64,000 nucleotides of DNA from Octopus sinensis (taxonomy: Eukaryota). Shown one piece after another: positions 13,185-25,599 of the stretch (positions within the stretch are counted from its first letter, which is position 1; every line of letters starts with the position of its first letter). The position numbers and the translations under genes are program-made. The notes under the pieces are model-generated. The model did not search any database, was not told where the DNA came from, and saw only the letters and a program-made list of their open reading frames with translations. The DNA lies in contig NC_042997.1 of the NCBI RefSeq assembly GCF_006345805.1, positions 50,034,001 through 50,098,000 on the forward strand. Direction: 5' to 3'.

Positions 13185-13580
13185 TAAGGCTTGAAATTTT
13201 GAGGGAGGGCATGGTCGATTACAACTGGTACTTATTTCATCAAGCCCGAAGGATGTAAGGCAAAGTCGACCTCAGCGGAATTTGAACTGAGAACGTAAAG
13301 GACGGACAGAATGCCGTTAAGCATTTTGACCGGCGTACTAACAATTCTGCCAACAAAAACAACAACAACAACAACGATCGTAATAAGCATTCCCACTGTA
13401 GGCACAAGGCCTGCAATTTGGAGGAAGGGATTAAGTCGATTACATCGACCCCAGTGCGTAACTGAAGGAATGAAAGGCAAAGTCGATCTCGGCGGAACTT
13501 AAACTCAGAACGTAAGGACGGACGAAATGCCTCTAAGCATTTTGTACTGCGTGCTAACGATTCTGCCAGCTCGCTGCCTT
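13185..13580 (-). mobile_element. Two SINE family B copies (13185-13350, 13395-13580)
   Basis: AAAGTCGA.CTC.GCGGAA.TT.AACT.AGAACGTAAGGACGGAC motif present twice. Confidence 0.8.
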
Positions 13581-13624
13581 AACAACACAAGAACAACATT
13601 GATTATAATAATAACAAATTAAAT

Positions 13625-14138
13625 GACGAATTAAATGCAGCGTTAAGATGTAAACATTATCGACTGCACATACTCAATGTATGTGCTTTGTTCACTGGTT
13701 CGCTTTGTAATCGCATGGACAGTAGACGAACTGAACAGCTTAGACAGAAAGACAAGGAAGTTGCTAACTAGATATGGGACACTCCACCCAAAATGTGACA
13801 CAGACAGACTGTATGTACAAGAAAAAGAGGGGGAAGAGGACTTATTGGATGCGAACACAGCATTAGAGCAGAAGAAAACAACATAGCATGGTATGTAAAA
13901 AATGCCACAGAACCGCTATTATTAGAAGTAGGAAGGTCAAGCTTGTGTAGGATGAAAGATTGCAAAGATAAAGCACTATACAAGAAATTGAAAATGAATG
14001 AAACTGAAAATAGGTGGGTAGAGAAAAGAATGCATGGTCAATTTAATAGGGATGTTGAAGATAAGACAGACATAGAAAAAAAAGGCTGTGGGTGACTAAA
14101 AGGGATTTAAAACCGGAAAGGGAGTCTTTATTGCTTGC
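13625..14138 (+). mobile_element. Old R4/Dong-like fragment (RT C-terminus)
   Basis: WTVDELNSLDRKTRKLLTRYGTLHPKCDTDRLYV; later EKRMHGQF and W..KRDLKPERESLLLA. Confidence 0.8.
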
Positions 14139-14505
14139 CCATATCAATACCGGCAGATGACAATGTTTCTCTAAAAGAAATGGAGAAACTTTCAAAATAC
14201 AAAGACCTGGAAATAGAGGTAACCAGAATGTGGAATCTAAAAACAGAAACAATTCCTATCATAGTAGGTGCATTAGGCATGATAAAAAAATATTCAGACA
14301 AATACATAACAAAAACACCAGGACTTACAAACACATATAACATACAGAAAATTGCACTACTAGGCACTGCACACATCCTACGCAGAACACTTTCCATACA
14401 ATAACCATCAGAGATCACACACAACAAATCACGGCACATACCCAAGGCACACAGAGCTGCGCTCGGTAGTGAAGTGAAAGCACGCTATAAAAAAAATATA
14501 CTACT
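14139..14505 (+). mobile_element. 5'-truncated copy of the 1973-5947 family (REL C-terminus + 3'UTR)
   Basis: About 6 substitutions over ~260 coding bp versus 5581-5843; same 3'UTR; followed by (TAA)n. Confidence 0.95.
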
Positions 14506-14540
14506 GATAATAATAATATAATAATAATAATAATATAATA

Positions 14541-14572
<32 letters not shown>

Positions 14573-14664
14573 TATAATAATATAATAATAATAATCATAA
14601 TAATATATAATAATAATAATAATATTAATAAATAATATAAAATAATAATAATAATAGATATAAT

Positions 14665-14722
<58 letters not shown>

Positions 14723-14727
14723 TAATG

Positions 14728-14774
<47 letters not shown>

Positions 14775-14812
14775 TATAATAATATAATAATAATAATAAT
14801 ATACTAATAATA

Positions 14813-14845
<33 letters not shown>

Positions 14846-14921
14846 GAATAATAATATATTAATAATAATAATAATAATAACTAATAATAATAATGATGAT
14901 ATAATAATAATAATAATAATA

Positions 14922-14999
<78 letters not shown>

Positions 15000-15013
15000 T
15001 AATAATAATAATA
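14506..15013. repeat. Long imperfect (TAA)n (~500 bp)
   Basis: Direct reading; many 1-nt indels. Confidence 0.95.
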
Positions 15014-15016
15014 AAA

Positions 15017-16487
15017 ACTATATCCAGCATGCAAGCATGAAAGAGAAGGTTAGGAAGGAATGTTATAGAATATTTCGAGCAGTTCTGAAGTCTGAGCTGA
15101 TGCATAATATAAGGTGTTAGCCATAAATTCCTTAGCAGTACCAGTTGTTCTTTATAGCTTCAATGTGCTTAACTGTAATACAGTGAAATAATGAAAATTG
15201 ACAGAAAAATCCGCAAGCTACTGACTTGTAATAAGATGCACCATCGAAAGGCAGACGTGGATCATCTTTAGCTTCCCAGAGCTCAGGGAGGACGAGGTTT
15301 GGTCCAACTTGAACGTACATACAAAACCACCACAATCGGACTGGCCAAATACCTTGAAGTAACCAACGATTGGATGCTAAAACTTGTTGATAAACATGAA
15401 AGAAAGCAACAAATTCGCTGCTGATCTCTTAGTTACCCACCAGATTGAGCAGGCTGAGGGAAATGCGCCAACTGCAGCTGCAAAGAAAATAAAATTAATT
15501 GCAAAGACAAAAGCACATGAAAATTTAGATAGCAGATGGGAACAGAAACCTCTCCATGGCAAGTATGTGGCCCATAGCAAACAAGCTGATGTCGACCAGA
15601 AACACACGCACCAATGGTTACGAAGCGCAGGGCTAAAAGCAGAGAGTGAAGGTTTCATATTAGCTGCTCAAGGCCAAAGCTTATTAACCCGGAACTACCA
15701 AGCCAATGTGATAAAAAATGGAGCTGACCCAATATGTCGATTCTATAACGATGAGATTGAAACCCTAGACCACCTAATCTCAGGGTGTAGAGTTTTAGCA
15801 CCTGAAGAATATAAAACAAGACATGACAGAGTCGGCCAGTATTTACACTGGACAATATGTCGGCATTATAAAATCAAAACCGCTGACAAATTGTATAAAC
15901 ACCATCCTGAAGCAGTGACTGAGGGAGAAAATTTGTCGATTCTTTGGGACTTCCCCGTACAGACCGACAAAACTATAAATACTAATAAGCCGGATATTAT
16001 TATAAAAGATCAGACAAAAAAGGTGTGTTTATTAATTGACATGAGTATTCCTTGCGATCACAATATAGCGGCGAAAGAATTTGACAAGATCAGTAAATAT
16101 AAAGACTTACTAATAGAAATTGAAAAAATGTGGTATCTCAAGGCGACTACAGTACCAGTGATTGTAGGATCTCTAGGAATGATAAAAAAAAAAGGTATTG
16201 AAACCTATTTGAAAATATTTGAAAATGATACCAGGCTTACCATCCCTACAGGAAGTGCAAAAAATCGTGTTAACTGGAACGACTCATGTAATGAGAAGAG
16301 CATTATCGCTGTGAAAATAACATCCACTCATGAATTTATTTATTTATTAATTTTTTGAATACATATTTTACCTGTGAATTTGCGTGTGTAATCTGGGAAT
16401 GCATAAAATGAGCTTCTCTGCCCTGGGTGTACGGAAAACACTCGGCGAGAAATGGAAGAAAATTTGAAGAAAGGGAAAATAAATAAA
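15017..16487 (+). mobile_element. 5'-truncated R4/Dong-like element (further family); ORF 15384-16358
   Basis: SMKEKVRKEC..LAINSLAVPV; WEQKPLHGKY, WLRSAGLKAESEGFILAAQ, HLISGC, RHDRV, KPDIIIKD..LLIDMSIP; (TAA)n on both sides. Confidence 0.9.
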
Positions 16488-16489
16488 TA

Positions 16490-16563
<74 letters not shown>
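16488..16563. repeat. (TAA)n
   Basis: Direct reading. Confidence 0.95.
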
Positions 16564-16565
<2 letters not shown>

Positions 16566-17192
16566 GTTCTGTAGATGTAGAGCAATCTAGGTTTCCACTT
16601 CCTTTATTGCTGAAAAGGGTCATGCTTCATCAACGATACATCTCTGTTCAAAGATCTATAAATTACTTCTAACAAATTGTATTCAATGGAACTTGGCGCT
16701 GTTTTTAGTTTCTGACGGTGCATTAGCATTAGAGCGTGTAATAAATATCAATTTATTTCCTAAGTATAAAGCTAAAAATTTGTTGAACCTGGAAAGTACA
16801 AAAAATGTTCATATCGTTTCCAAACATCATTATCTGTATTAATTAAGTGAAATAATTCCAAATGTAAATAAAAGGCGCCAGTACAGATTCTGATTGATGA
16901 GTACTTTCCTTTTATTTATGCAGAATTCATCCTTAGCAGAAGGATCGTTGTGAGGTTATGCCCTTTTCTAAAGAAATTATCTACTGGCGTAACATAAAGT
17001 AGCATCAATGCAGTGCTGTAGAAATTTAGGCCCCCTGTTCTTCGACAAAAGAAACCAGTACTAGATGAAGCATATATATTAAAACAATCTTATCGGATTT
17101 ACATGTTTAGAATATAAATTTTAATAGATTTAAATTGCTATCAACAAGCGATTGATTTCATAAATATAATTCTATTTGCTAAGAAATAATTC

Positions 17193-17275
17193 TACGATGG
17201 ACTGGCGGAACACATACGCCACAGAAACCGGGAATCCGGGCCCATGAGCCTGGCTAGGCTTGAAAAGGGCGACGT
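17193..17275 (+). mobile_element. Solo SINE 3' module (V-domain-like tail)
   Basis: CGATGGACTGGCG..ACATACGCCACAGAAACCGGGAA.CCGGGCCCATGAGCC matches the tails of 34880-35125 and 42190-42476. Confidence 0.7.
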
Positions 17276-18495
17276 TCATCATTATCGTTAAGAAATAATT
17301 ACATATTATAATAACATACATTAAGCGGTCGTATTTGGAGCGTAAGAAACTAGAGTTACAGAATCTAAGAGACAAAATAAATAATGTAAGAGAATCAGTA
17401 ATAAATAATGTATTTTACACAATGCCTCAATTTTAGTACAACTTATATGTTGTGTAGTATGTTACGTGGACTAGAGACTTACTCGTCGGGATTCTCTTTG
17501 AACGCAAATATCCAACGACTACGTTGATAAATCTTAATCTATATTCTAAAATTTCATGTGACGGAAAACAAACAGGTTTACGGTATTAGCTATAATCTAA
17601 ATTAAACATGATGAAAGAAAGCTATGAACTAAAATATACATTGAACTAAACAGATTCCGCACGCAGTTAGTTCGTGCTAAGTCGTGCAAAATCGATACTA
17701 GACATATACACTAACACAATAAAAGGGTTTTGTGTTGTCTTCATCCTGAGAGAAATAAGATACTATTGAATGCTTAAACGCAGAAAGTGTATTGAAAAAG
17801 CTTTGGAGTTAATGAAACATGCAATACTACTATTAATAAAAATGTTGCATTGTACTGCAGGATGTAAACTCCTGTCGAATCGAGAACGTGATCCTCATTT
17901 GAAGCCATTGCTGATTAGTAAACAAAGGAGCCTTAACTTGGAGTGTTTGACCTGTTGGAAATAGCAGTTAAATTTATCTTAAGTACATCCCAGCGTCTTA
18001 AACAAGTTGATTACTAAAACCTGTAGTGAATAACGAAATGTTAGATAAATGATGCCTGAAGAAAAAAACAGTCTGGTCAAAACTGGTCAAGGCTGACCTC
18101 GGGCTAAACAAAGGCATTAACTACTGCAGTCAATTCTATTAGAAAATACATTAACGAAACCAAAATCTATTTACCACCCACCTCACCATCCTAACATAGA
18201 AGCTTTTGGAAAAAATATAAACTTTTGTGACCTCAAAATCTACTTCTTAATAATGATTCCCAGTCAATCAAATCTGCAACTCGGTTTCAATTTTTGACTG
18301 AGCAATGTTTTGTACTAATAAACCCAGTGTTTTATGCCTGGAGTGTTGAACCTCAAAACATTTCACTTTGACTCCAATTATCAATAAATGATCTCCGGCC
18401 TAATTTAGAAATCGATATTAATCGAATCCCATCGAAGTCAACTTTGTCGTTCACTCTTTCGTGGTGGATACAATAAAGTGCCTGTTAAGTACAGG

Positions 18496-18520
18496 TACAC
18501 ACACACACACACACACCACA

Positions 18521-18580
<60 letters not shown>
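18496..18580. repeat. (CA)n(TA)n
   Basis: Direct reading. Confidence 0.95.
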
Positions 18581-18581
<1 letters not shown>

Positions 18582-20040
18582 AAGCAATAGCCATTTTCAC
18601 AAATTTGAAGCCTGTTCGTATGTCAAAAATCAATATTAATGATCACTATTTTTTCTGTTTTGTTTTCAAGTGAACTTGTCGGAACAAGCTATTATCTAAA
18701 AGAAAAAAGAACAACATCATCAAAACAAGAACACTAAAAATGCCGAGATGATAAAACTGAAATGAACGTCTGAGAAAGAAATATATAAAATGCAGGTAAT
18801 TTTTTTTTTATCATTCTCACCTGTAAGATTAATTTTGTTACGAATGCCATTCTCAAGTCGTCGACGTGACATCTTGAGCAATTCTACTGTCTTTGAAAAC
18901 GTACAGCAACCAACCAATCGCGGTCAGCACTTGGTGGTATGTTGAAGAAAAGGAACTGTAAACCACTGGTTAACAGGTGTCTTCTGTATAGAGAGTTATA
19001 GGATGTACCTGCTGATACAGTCAACGTATACATGTATGCATGTGTGTGTGTATGCTTGTATCTGTGTGTGAATGTGCGAGCGTGTTTTTATAGGCCTGTA
19101 AAGGATTAAACGTTCCTGCTCGCCATGTGAATCGAGTAACATTTCTTGGTTGACTGGAAATACTATTGAATGCATCACTTTGCTTTGAGAACCAGCTGTG
19201 CAGCAACCGCTTGCTTAGTCAGCCAATCGGCTTTAAAGAAAAAAAAGACATCAAACGATTGGATACACATCCTCTGTGCTGGATTGATGCTGGGGAAATT
19301 TATAGTCAGAAAAATTATTTAAAATTATTGAAACAATACTATCAATATTTAAATAAGGATTAGTTCTATTTTGATTGCTTAACAACAACAGCAACACCAC
19401 CAACAACAATAATAAAAACAATAATAATAAAAACAACAATAATAATAATAATAAACATCTTTAATTTTTAATGGATGTATAAGTTTTATATTTAAATCCT
19501 TCTGCTCATGGATATTTATTGTGATTCTGTTGTGATAAAATAAATATCTTCTAATCGAAAGAAAACAAGAAGTTTAAGAAAATCATTAAAAGGAGAAAAG
19601 GTCCTTCCACAGTTTCACCTTCAACACCTTCCGATCGTTATGATCATCCTTACTCTCATCCGCATATCCTCATCATCATCATCATCATTGAACATTTGGT
19701 ATTTTCATACAAATTTCTACTGCACCACCTGCTCCACCACCGGCTTGCTGGAGTGTGTGCAGTATTGTGTGTTCTTTCTTGTTGTTGTTGTTGGGGGGTG
19801 ATGTAAACTCTTCCCGTTATTGTATTGCGTCAGTTTGCTTTGTTACGGGGTCTGGTTGCAACTTTTTGTTGTATTAATGTTTGTTTTGTGTATTGTGTGT
19901 CTAATGCAAGTTGTGTTCTTCTGTTGGTTATATGACCTGTTGGTGGTTGTTTATTTCATTGGACATTTGCTATAAAGAATATGTCTTGAGTTTGTGGATT
20001 GCATTATTGAATAAATAGTGCCTTGAGTATGATGTAGGCT

Positions 20041-20044
20041 TATT

Positions 20045-20128
<84 letters not shown>

Positions 20129-20160
20129 GTTGTTGTTCTTCTTCTTCTTTTGTACGTTGT
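20041..20160. repeat. (TCA)/(TTA)/(TTG)/(TTC) compound repeat
   Basis: Direct reading. Confidence 0.9.
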
Positions 20161-20229
20161 TGTTACTTTGCTTTATACCAGATGTTCCTAGTCTCACCCA
20201 GAGATCTCGTTTCACTATGGGGGTTATTT

Positions 20230-20375
20230 ATAATTAACAATGATATATTGTCCCAGGAGGAGTACAGAATCTGTGAAATTTGTAATATTTCAGTTTTGAA
20301 AGAGCTTTAAGAGAATCAGGTATTCTCAACTTGACAATGTTTTTCTTAGGATTTGGGCAGTTTCCATGAGAACAT
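20230..20375 (-). mobile_element. Very short 3' remnant of an R4/Dong-like element
   Basis: Minus strand encodes VLMETAQILRKTLSS*, the family C-terminus; (TAA)n directly upstream in element sense. Confidence 0.65.
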
Positions 20376-20407
20376 CATTATTATTATTATTATTATTGAG
20401 TGGCCAA

Positions 20408-20505
<98 letters not shown>

Positions 20506-20508
20506 TTT
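20376..20508. repeat. (TTA)n
   Basis: Direct reading. Confidence 0.95.
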
Positions 20509-22349
20509 ATTGAGTGGCCAAATGACATTGGGGTAAAATATACGAAGCCCAGTATACCCATCATGACTATCTGTCTGATAATAATACACCAGGCACATTC
20601 ATCACAACCATATGTGCGGAACATGATGATCTCATAACAAGATAAACAGCGCATGACCTTGTAGGTGGGGGCCCAGTTAGAATTTTCTTCTGGTCGAGTA
20701 GGTCCCTGAATAAGGGTTGTTTAAAGATGAACGAAACACCCATGTTTCCAGATGTGAATTATTCAAACCCCCAAGAATTCCTCTCGACACATGGCTATGA
20801 TGCTCCCCCACTACTTCTGCTCGTGATCAGAGATACACATATTGTCAGCCAGTAAGGGGCATGCTCAATTGGTTAAGGTTAAAGAACTGACAAACAAATC
20901 TGAGGTATTGAGCAGAATATTTGCTGTAGCCCATGTATTATACCAAGACAAAATATGTACATGATAACACTTCCAACCAGGTAAGATCAAAAGCCATGAG
21001 TGTAAGTGCCTGGTACGGTCTTAACCAGTTGAGCTTGTCCCTTGGTGGCTGACAATATGTGCATCTCTGACCCTGAGCAGAAGAAGTGGGGGAGCAACAC
21101 AGCCGTGTGTTGAGAGGAATTCTTTCGGGTTTGAATAATCTAGAACAAAGGTTTTCGTTCAACATCCTTCAAAAATCTTTATTGATAGACCTTTTGAGCG
21201 GGATGGGCTACTCCAACTGAAGAAAATTCGGATCTATTCCATCTATTTTTAATTAATTTTTAAAATTAAACAGTTTGAAACTTCGAATACTGGCAGAATT
21301 TCTCACGTAGAATACGGTTTACTCTGAAAGTTTTTGCCAAAATTTCGTATTTAAGTTGTTGTATTTGAAAAAATTTCAACCAATCAACGACATGTATTCG
21401 GTTGAAGAAAGTTACTGCTGTTTGCGATAGTAATCGAAGAGGAACAGCTTCCGCGTCATTTCTACTAAATGTCACCACTCTGTTCTATTCGTACGGCGAG
21501 CGAAGACGATGTCACCTTTATCCTTTCTTCCTTTCTAGTCAGCACCGTGCATTCCTTACTCTTTCCTCCCTTCTACACTATCAACTAGCAACCAGCGAGC
21601 GAACTTGTCACTGCCACTACAATTGCCATATTTTCCGGTGTATAAGCCGCTATTTGTTTTGTTTTACCTTCATGTTTTGATAATGTTCTTTTTTTTTATC
21701 TAATAAAGATTTTATATTGACGAAATGTGTTTGTTGTTGATTATAGTAAGATAAAATCATGACAATAACAATACATCTCACAGTTGCAAAATAAGACATT
21801 TTGAAACTACATATACGTCAACAATTGAAAAGCCCGCTGCGGACTCATTGCTCTATGGTGTTGATTCTTCGAACAGTGATGACATTTATTAGAGATGACC
21901 CGGAAGTTGTTCCTCTTCGATTACTATAGCAAACAGCAGTAGCTTTCTTCAACCGAATACACGTCGTTGATTGATTGAAATTATCCAAATACGACAACTT
22001 TAACATGAAATAACTTCTAAAATACGAAATTTTGCTAAAATCGTTCAGAGTAAATCGTGTTCTACGTAAGAAATTCTACCAGCATTCGAAAATTCAAATT
22101 ATTTAGATAAAAACATGAATTTAAAACTCTGTGATTGAGATGGAATAGATCCGAAAATTCCAACTGGTCCCCATTTGCAAGGTCATGTGCTGTTTATCTT
22201 GATATGAGATTACCATGTCGCGCACATATGGTTGTGATGCATGTGCCTGGTGTACCCTTATCAAATGGGTAGTCATGATGGGTATATTGGTCTTCGTATA
22301 TTTTACCCCAGTGTCACTTTGATCGCATGCACTGCTCTCTCACTCAATA
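20509..22349. mobile_element. Head-to-head inverted pair of a non-coding retro-like element (arms 20509-20880 versus 21020-21229 + 22153-22349)
   Basis: Continuous reverse-complement match; both outer ends run into TAA-type tails in opposite orientation. Confidence 0.75.
21230..22152. mobile_element. Non-autonomous DNA transposon with ~260-280 bp TIRs and 8-bp TSD
   Basis: TIRs begin GGATCTATTCCATCT (21230-21486 / 21871-22152); TSD GAAAATTC at 21222-21229 and 22153-22160. Confidence 0.9.
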
Positions 22350-22364
22350 GTGATGATAATAATG

Positions 22365-22510
22365 ATTTCAAATTTTGGCACAATGCCAGCAATTTCAGGG
22401 AGGGGGTAAGTCGATTTCATAGACCTCAATACTCGACTGGTACTTATTTATCGAAAGTTGACTTCAGCGGATTGGAACTCAGAACGTAAGGATGGAAGAA
22501 ATGCTGATTA
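22365..22510 (-). mobile_element. SINE family B, degenerate
   Basis: GGTACTTATTTATCGAAAGTTGACTTCAGCGGA..AACTCAGAACGTAAGG. Confidence 0.7.
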
Positions 22511-22519
22511 AGTCTCGAT

Positions 22520-23450
22520 GAGTAACTGCATAGCAAAAACATACGGAAAAAGCAAACTTCAACATATACAATACTCAAAGAAGCTAAAAACCTAGCATCC
22601 AAACTACAAATAGATAACTGAACCAGCTGCTTTGCGAAAAGACAAGCCTACATAACTCCGAAGGACCATAAAACCAACTTCATGTATAACCTCCAATGCA
22701 GACTAATAAAACTAACGAAGGGAGAATTAGGGATAATAAACAAAAAGGTCCTGATAAAAATGAATTCCAAAATAAGGCTACCGAACTCATAGGAGAAACA
22801 ACGGTACAAATGACATCAGAAATAACAAAGACCTACAGTTTCACATGATCTGCTATTGTTGGTTTCTGACCGTTCATCAAAGATTTCTCGTATTAAAATA
22901 ATTAGATTTCGCCGAGTGGTTCCTCGAAATCAACAACAAACAAATAAACATCAACATGCATGCAAGGAAATCGTCCCTATCCCGTGAAAACTCGACCTAG
23001 ATAAGAAAAAATTAAGCACTGACCAATTTGACGTCACCATAGGGTGCTCTGACGGAGCAGAAACAATTGAAATTATAACGTTATGTTTTATCCTGAAACG
23101 CACTTGGAGTCGCTGAAAAGTTCCTTGCTTTGGGTAAAACGAAATACAGGAGGATTAGTTAATATGATTTTATACATGTTCCTCTCTCAGAATACAGGAG
23201 GATCAGTTTATTAGGATTTTATGCAACATGTTCCCCTCTCTGAGTCACACACTTATTACAGCTGTCCTCCAATTTTTCCAAGCCCTGTAAAAGAACCCGG
23301 AAATTTGGACTTCCAGCCAGACCTTTCGCGATACCCTTCAAGCCAAGAACTTTTCAGCTGCCTCTCGTATTGGTAAAATATTCATCAAGTACTGCATAGG
23401 CCTATACAGGGATGATAGCTTAGAAATATCCCAATGGACAAATTCAGAAA
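22520..23450 (+). pseudogene. Penelope-like reverse transcriptase remnant interrupted by a MITE
   Basis: AYITPKDHKTNF..CRLIK..KGELG (22647-22735), FDVTIGCSDGAE (~23026-23062), GLYRDDSL (~23399); stops and frameshifts. Confidence 0.75.
23101..23367. mobile_element. mariner-type MITE
   Basis: Ends GTCGCTGAAAAGTTCCTTGCTT and AAGCCAAGAACTTTTCAGCTGCCTCTCG|TA are inverted; internal tandem duplication AATACAGGAGGAT. Confidence 0.75.
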
Positions 23451-23853
23451 AAGACCTAGAGGAATTCGAACTGAGAGTCTGGAGTAGGACAAAAGTGGAT
23501 AGTTTTAGGTTGTTGACCCATCGATCTACCATTTCTGCTTCACTACCAACATTCTTCATTAATAAAACAATATAAGTGAACTGCTGGAAGCCTTTCACCA
23601 ATAGTTTTATATTTATGAGTTGCTTATCATGGCATCCCACCTGTGCAGCCTATTTATTTTTTAGCTGTAAAATTATTCCACCTTGATGATGGTTTTCTGT
23701 CAGTTTCGATGATTAATATTGAGTTTGATTAACTGAATTACTTGCTTACCTAATTAGCATGTAACTATTGGTAATTAGCTGAATATTCCATAGACATGTA
23801 TATCCTTGATGTAAACCTCAAGTAGTACTGATAAGCATCAAGACTGGATATTA

Positions 23854-24005
23854 CCCTGTAAAAGAAATCGGAAGGTTCGGCTTCCAACCAGGCCTTTCGC
23901 GACACCCTTAAAGCCAGGAACTTTTCAGCACCCCGTCGTATTGGTAAAATGTTCACCAAGCACTGCATATGCCTATACAGGGATGATAGCTTAGCAATAT
24001 CCCAA
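23854..24005 (+). repeat. Diverged duplicate of the MITE right end + Penelope-like YRDD segment
   Basis: Co-linear with 23283-23434, roughly 13% divergent by eye. Confidence 0.85.
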
Positions 24006-24917
24006 AACATGGATAAAATGAAATGGAATGGTTTCTTTACGATTTCTGTCTCTCGGATCTCACATAGTCAATCCGGAACGATTGACTGTGAGATCCGACA
24101 AAGGACGATTACTCGAATGTCACGCAGAGAAATCAAACTTGTAACTGCATTATTGCCAATCACACTCGTTAACCATATGGCCGTGCTGGATCCTTATACA
24201 AATTGCTCTTGAAACATTGCTAATACTTCTTTGGATTTGTATTGCTACTTCGTTCCACGAGTTCTCCGGTATTGGTTAACCAGTTTGTCAGAACTTGAAT
24301 GAAACTTCTTGACCAGGGTAGGATACGATTCTTTAATACTGGGACGAACTGGATGGTCATAGGGACCTACGAGACACGTCTGTGCTTAGAAAAATAATAT
24401 TTGATTTTCCAAATTCATAGGCTTGCACCTGATAACAAATGAATGTTTTAATCTGACAGGTATATTTAAGTAAGGGTTTTCGAGAAGCGGGCAGCATGAG
24501 ATATGGCTCATCATTAGATGGGCCTAATTACTAAAATATTGAAAGTAATTTTTCGTTAGGTGTGCCATTCAGAAAGTCCTTGGGGCAGTAATTTGCCCAT
24601 GACTGGTTTATACCTTTCTTTTTTTTACGTATGAGTTTTTAGTTATTTCGCCAACGAGCAGTTTCAAGTTTGAGTGGAAGGAAAAGGTAGTTCAACGCTC
24701 TTAATTTATACTCTGTTCTCCGAATCATTGAAAGATTCCCGATGTAGTTGCTCGACATGTTAAAAATAAGAACTAAAGCTCTCTGAAATCACCTACCGGC
24801 TTTTAAAAAGAGACAACATAAAACCACGATATATTGAATAATATACTCTGAAAAGATGGAACAGTTATGGTTATATCTAATCAGATTTATTTTGGTTTCG
24901 TCTGTATTCACCACCAC

Positions 24918-25074
24918 CTTCTTCTTCTTCTTCTTCTTCTTCTTCTTCTTCTTCTTCTTCTTCTTCTTCTTCTTCTTCTTCTTCTTCTTCTTCTTCTTCT
25001 TCTTCTTCTTCTTCTTCTTCTTCTTCTTCTTCTTCTTCTTCTTCTTCTTCTTCTTCTTCTTCTTCTTCTTCTTC
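24918..25074. repeat. Perfect (CTT)n, ~52 units
   Basis: Direct reading. Confidence 0.98.
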
Positions 25075-25192
25075 TCAGTAGCTTGTATTAAAATAATGTC
25101 GAGCTCAACTGTATCTTTTGTCTATCTATCATCAATAACGATAAAAAAAAATAATAAATCAGTATGATATTGGATATGGTATTGATGGTAGA

Positions 25193-25198
<6 letters not shown>

Positions 25199-25229
<31 letters not shown>

Positions 25230-25270
25230 AGAGATAGAGAGAGAGAGAGAGAGAAAGAAGGAGGGAGAGA
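25199..25270. repeat. (GA)n
   Basis: Direct reading. Confidence 0.95.
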
Positions 25271-25599
25271 CAAATACATCTCACAACTTCAGCCTTTCAT
25301 CCTTCTCCTCAATCTACGGAGAACATTATTTTCGTGAGCCAAATAAATCTCCTTTTTTATTTTTATTTCATTCAGATCGAAATTATTAAATCTTGCAACT
25401 ATTTGTTTTGTCAGCATCTTTAAATTTTAGCCAGTGTTGTGGTATTTTGATATTCGTTAATTGGCAATTAGCTAACGAACTTTAAACTAATTACTTTCTT
25501 TATGACAATATGATATACTGTAGTTACTCGCGTGTTTTATAATCTCGAATATAACGCAACACCTGCTTTTCTAAAAAAAAACACACAAAAGAAAAAAGA

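Noticed and set aside
14506-15013. Apparent higher-order pattern in the degenerate (TAA)n
   Set aside because: Irregular 1-nt indels fit slippage or read-consensus error better
19600-19970. Strand-biased A/C-rich stretch on the minus strand resembling a retroelement 5' region
   Set aside because: No open frame or motif, and a single copy; cannot be supported
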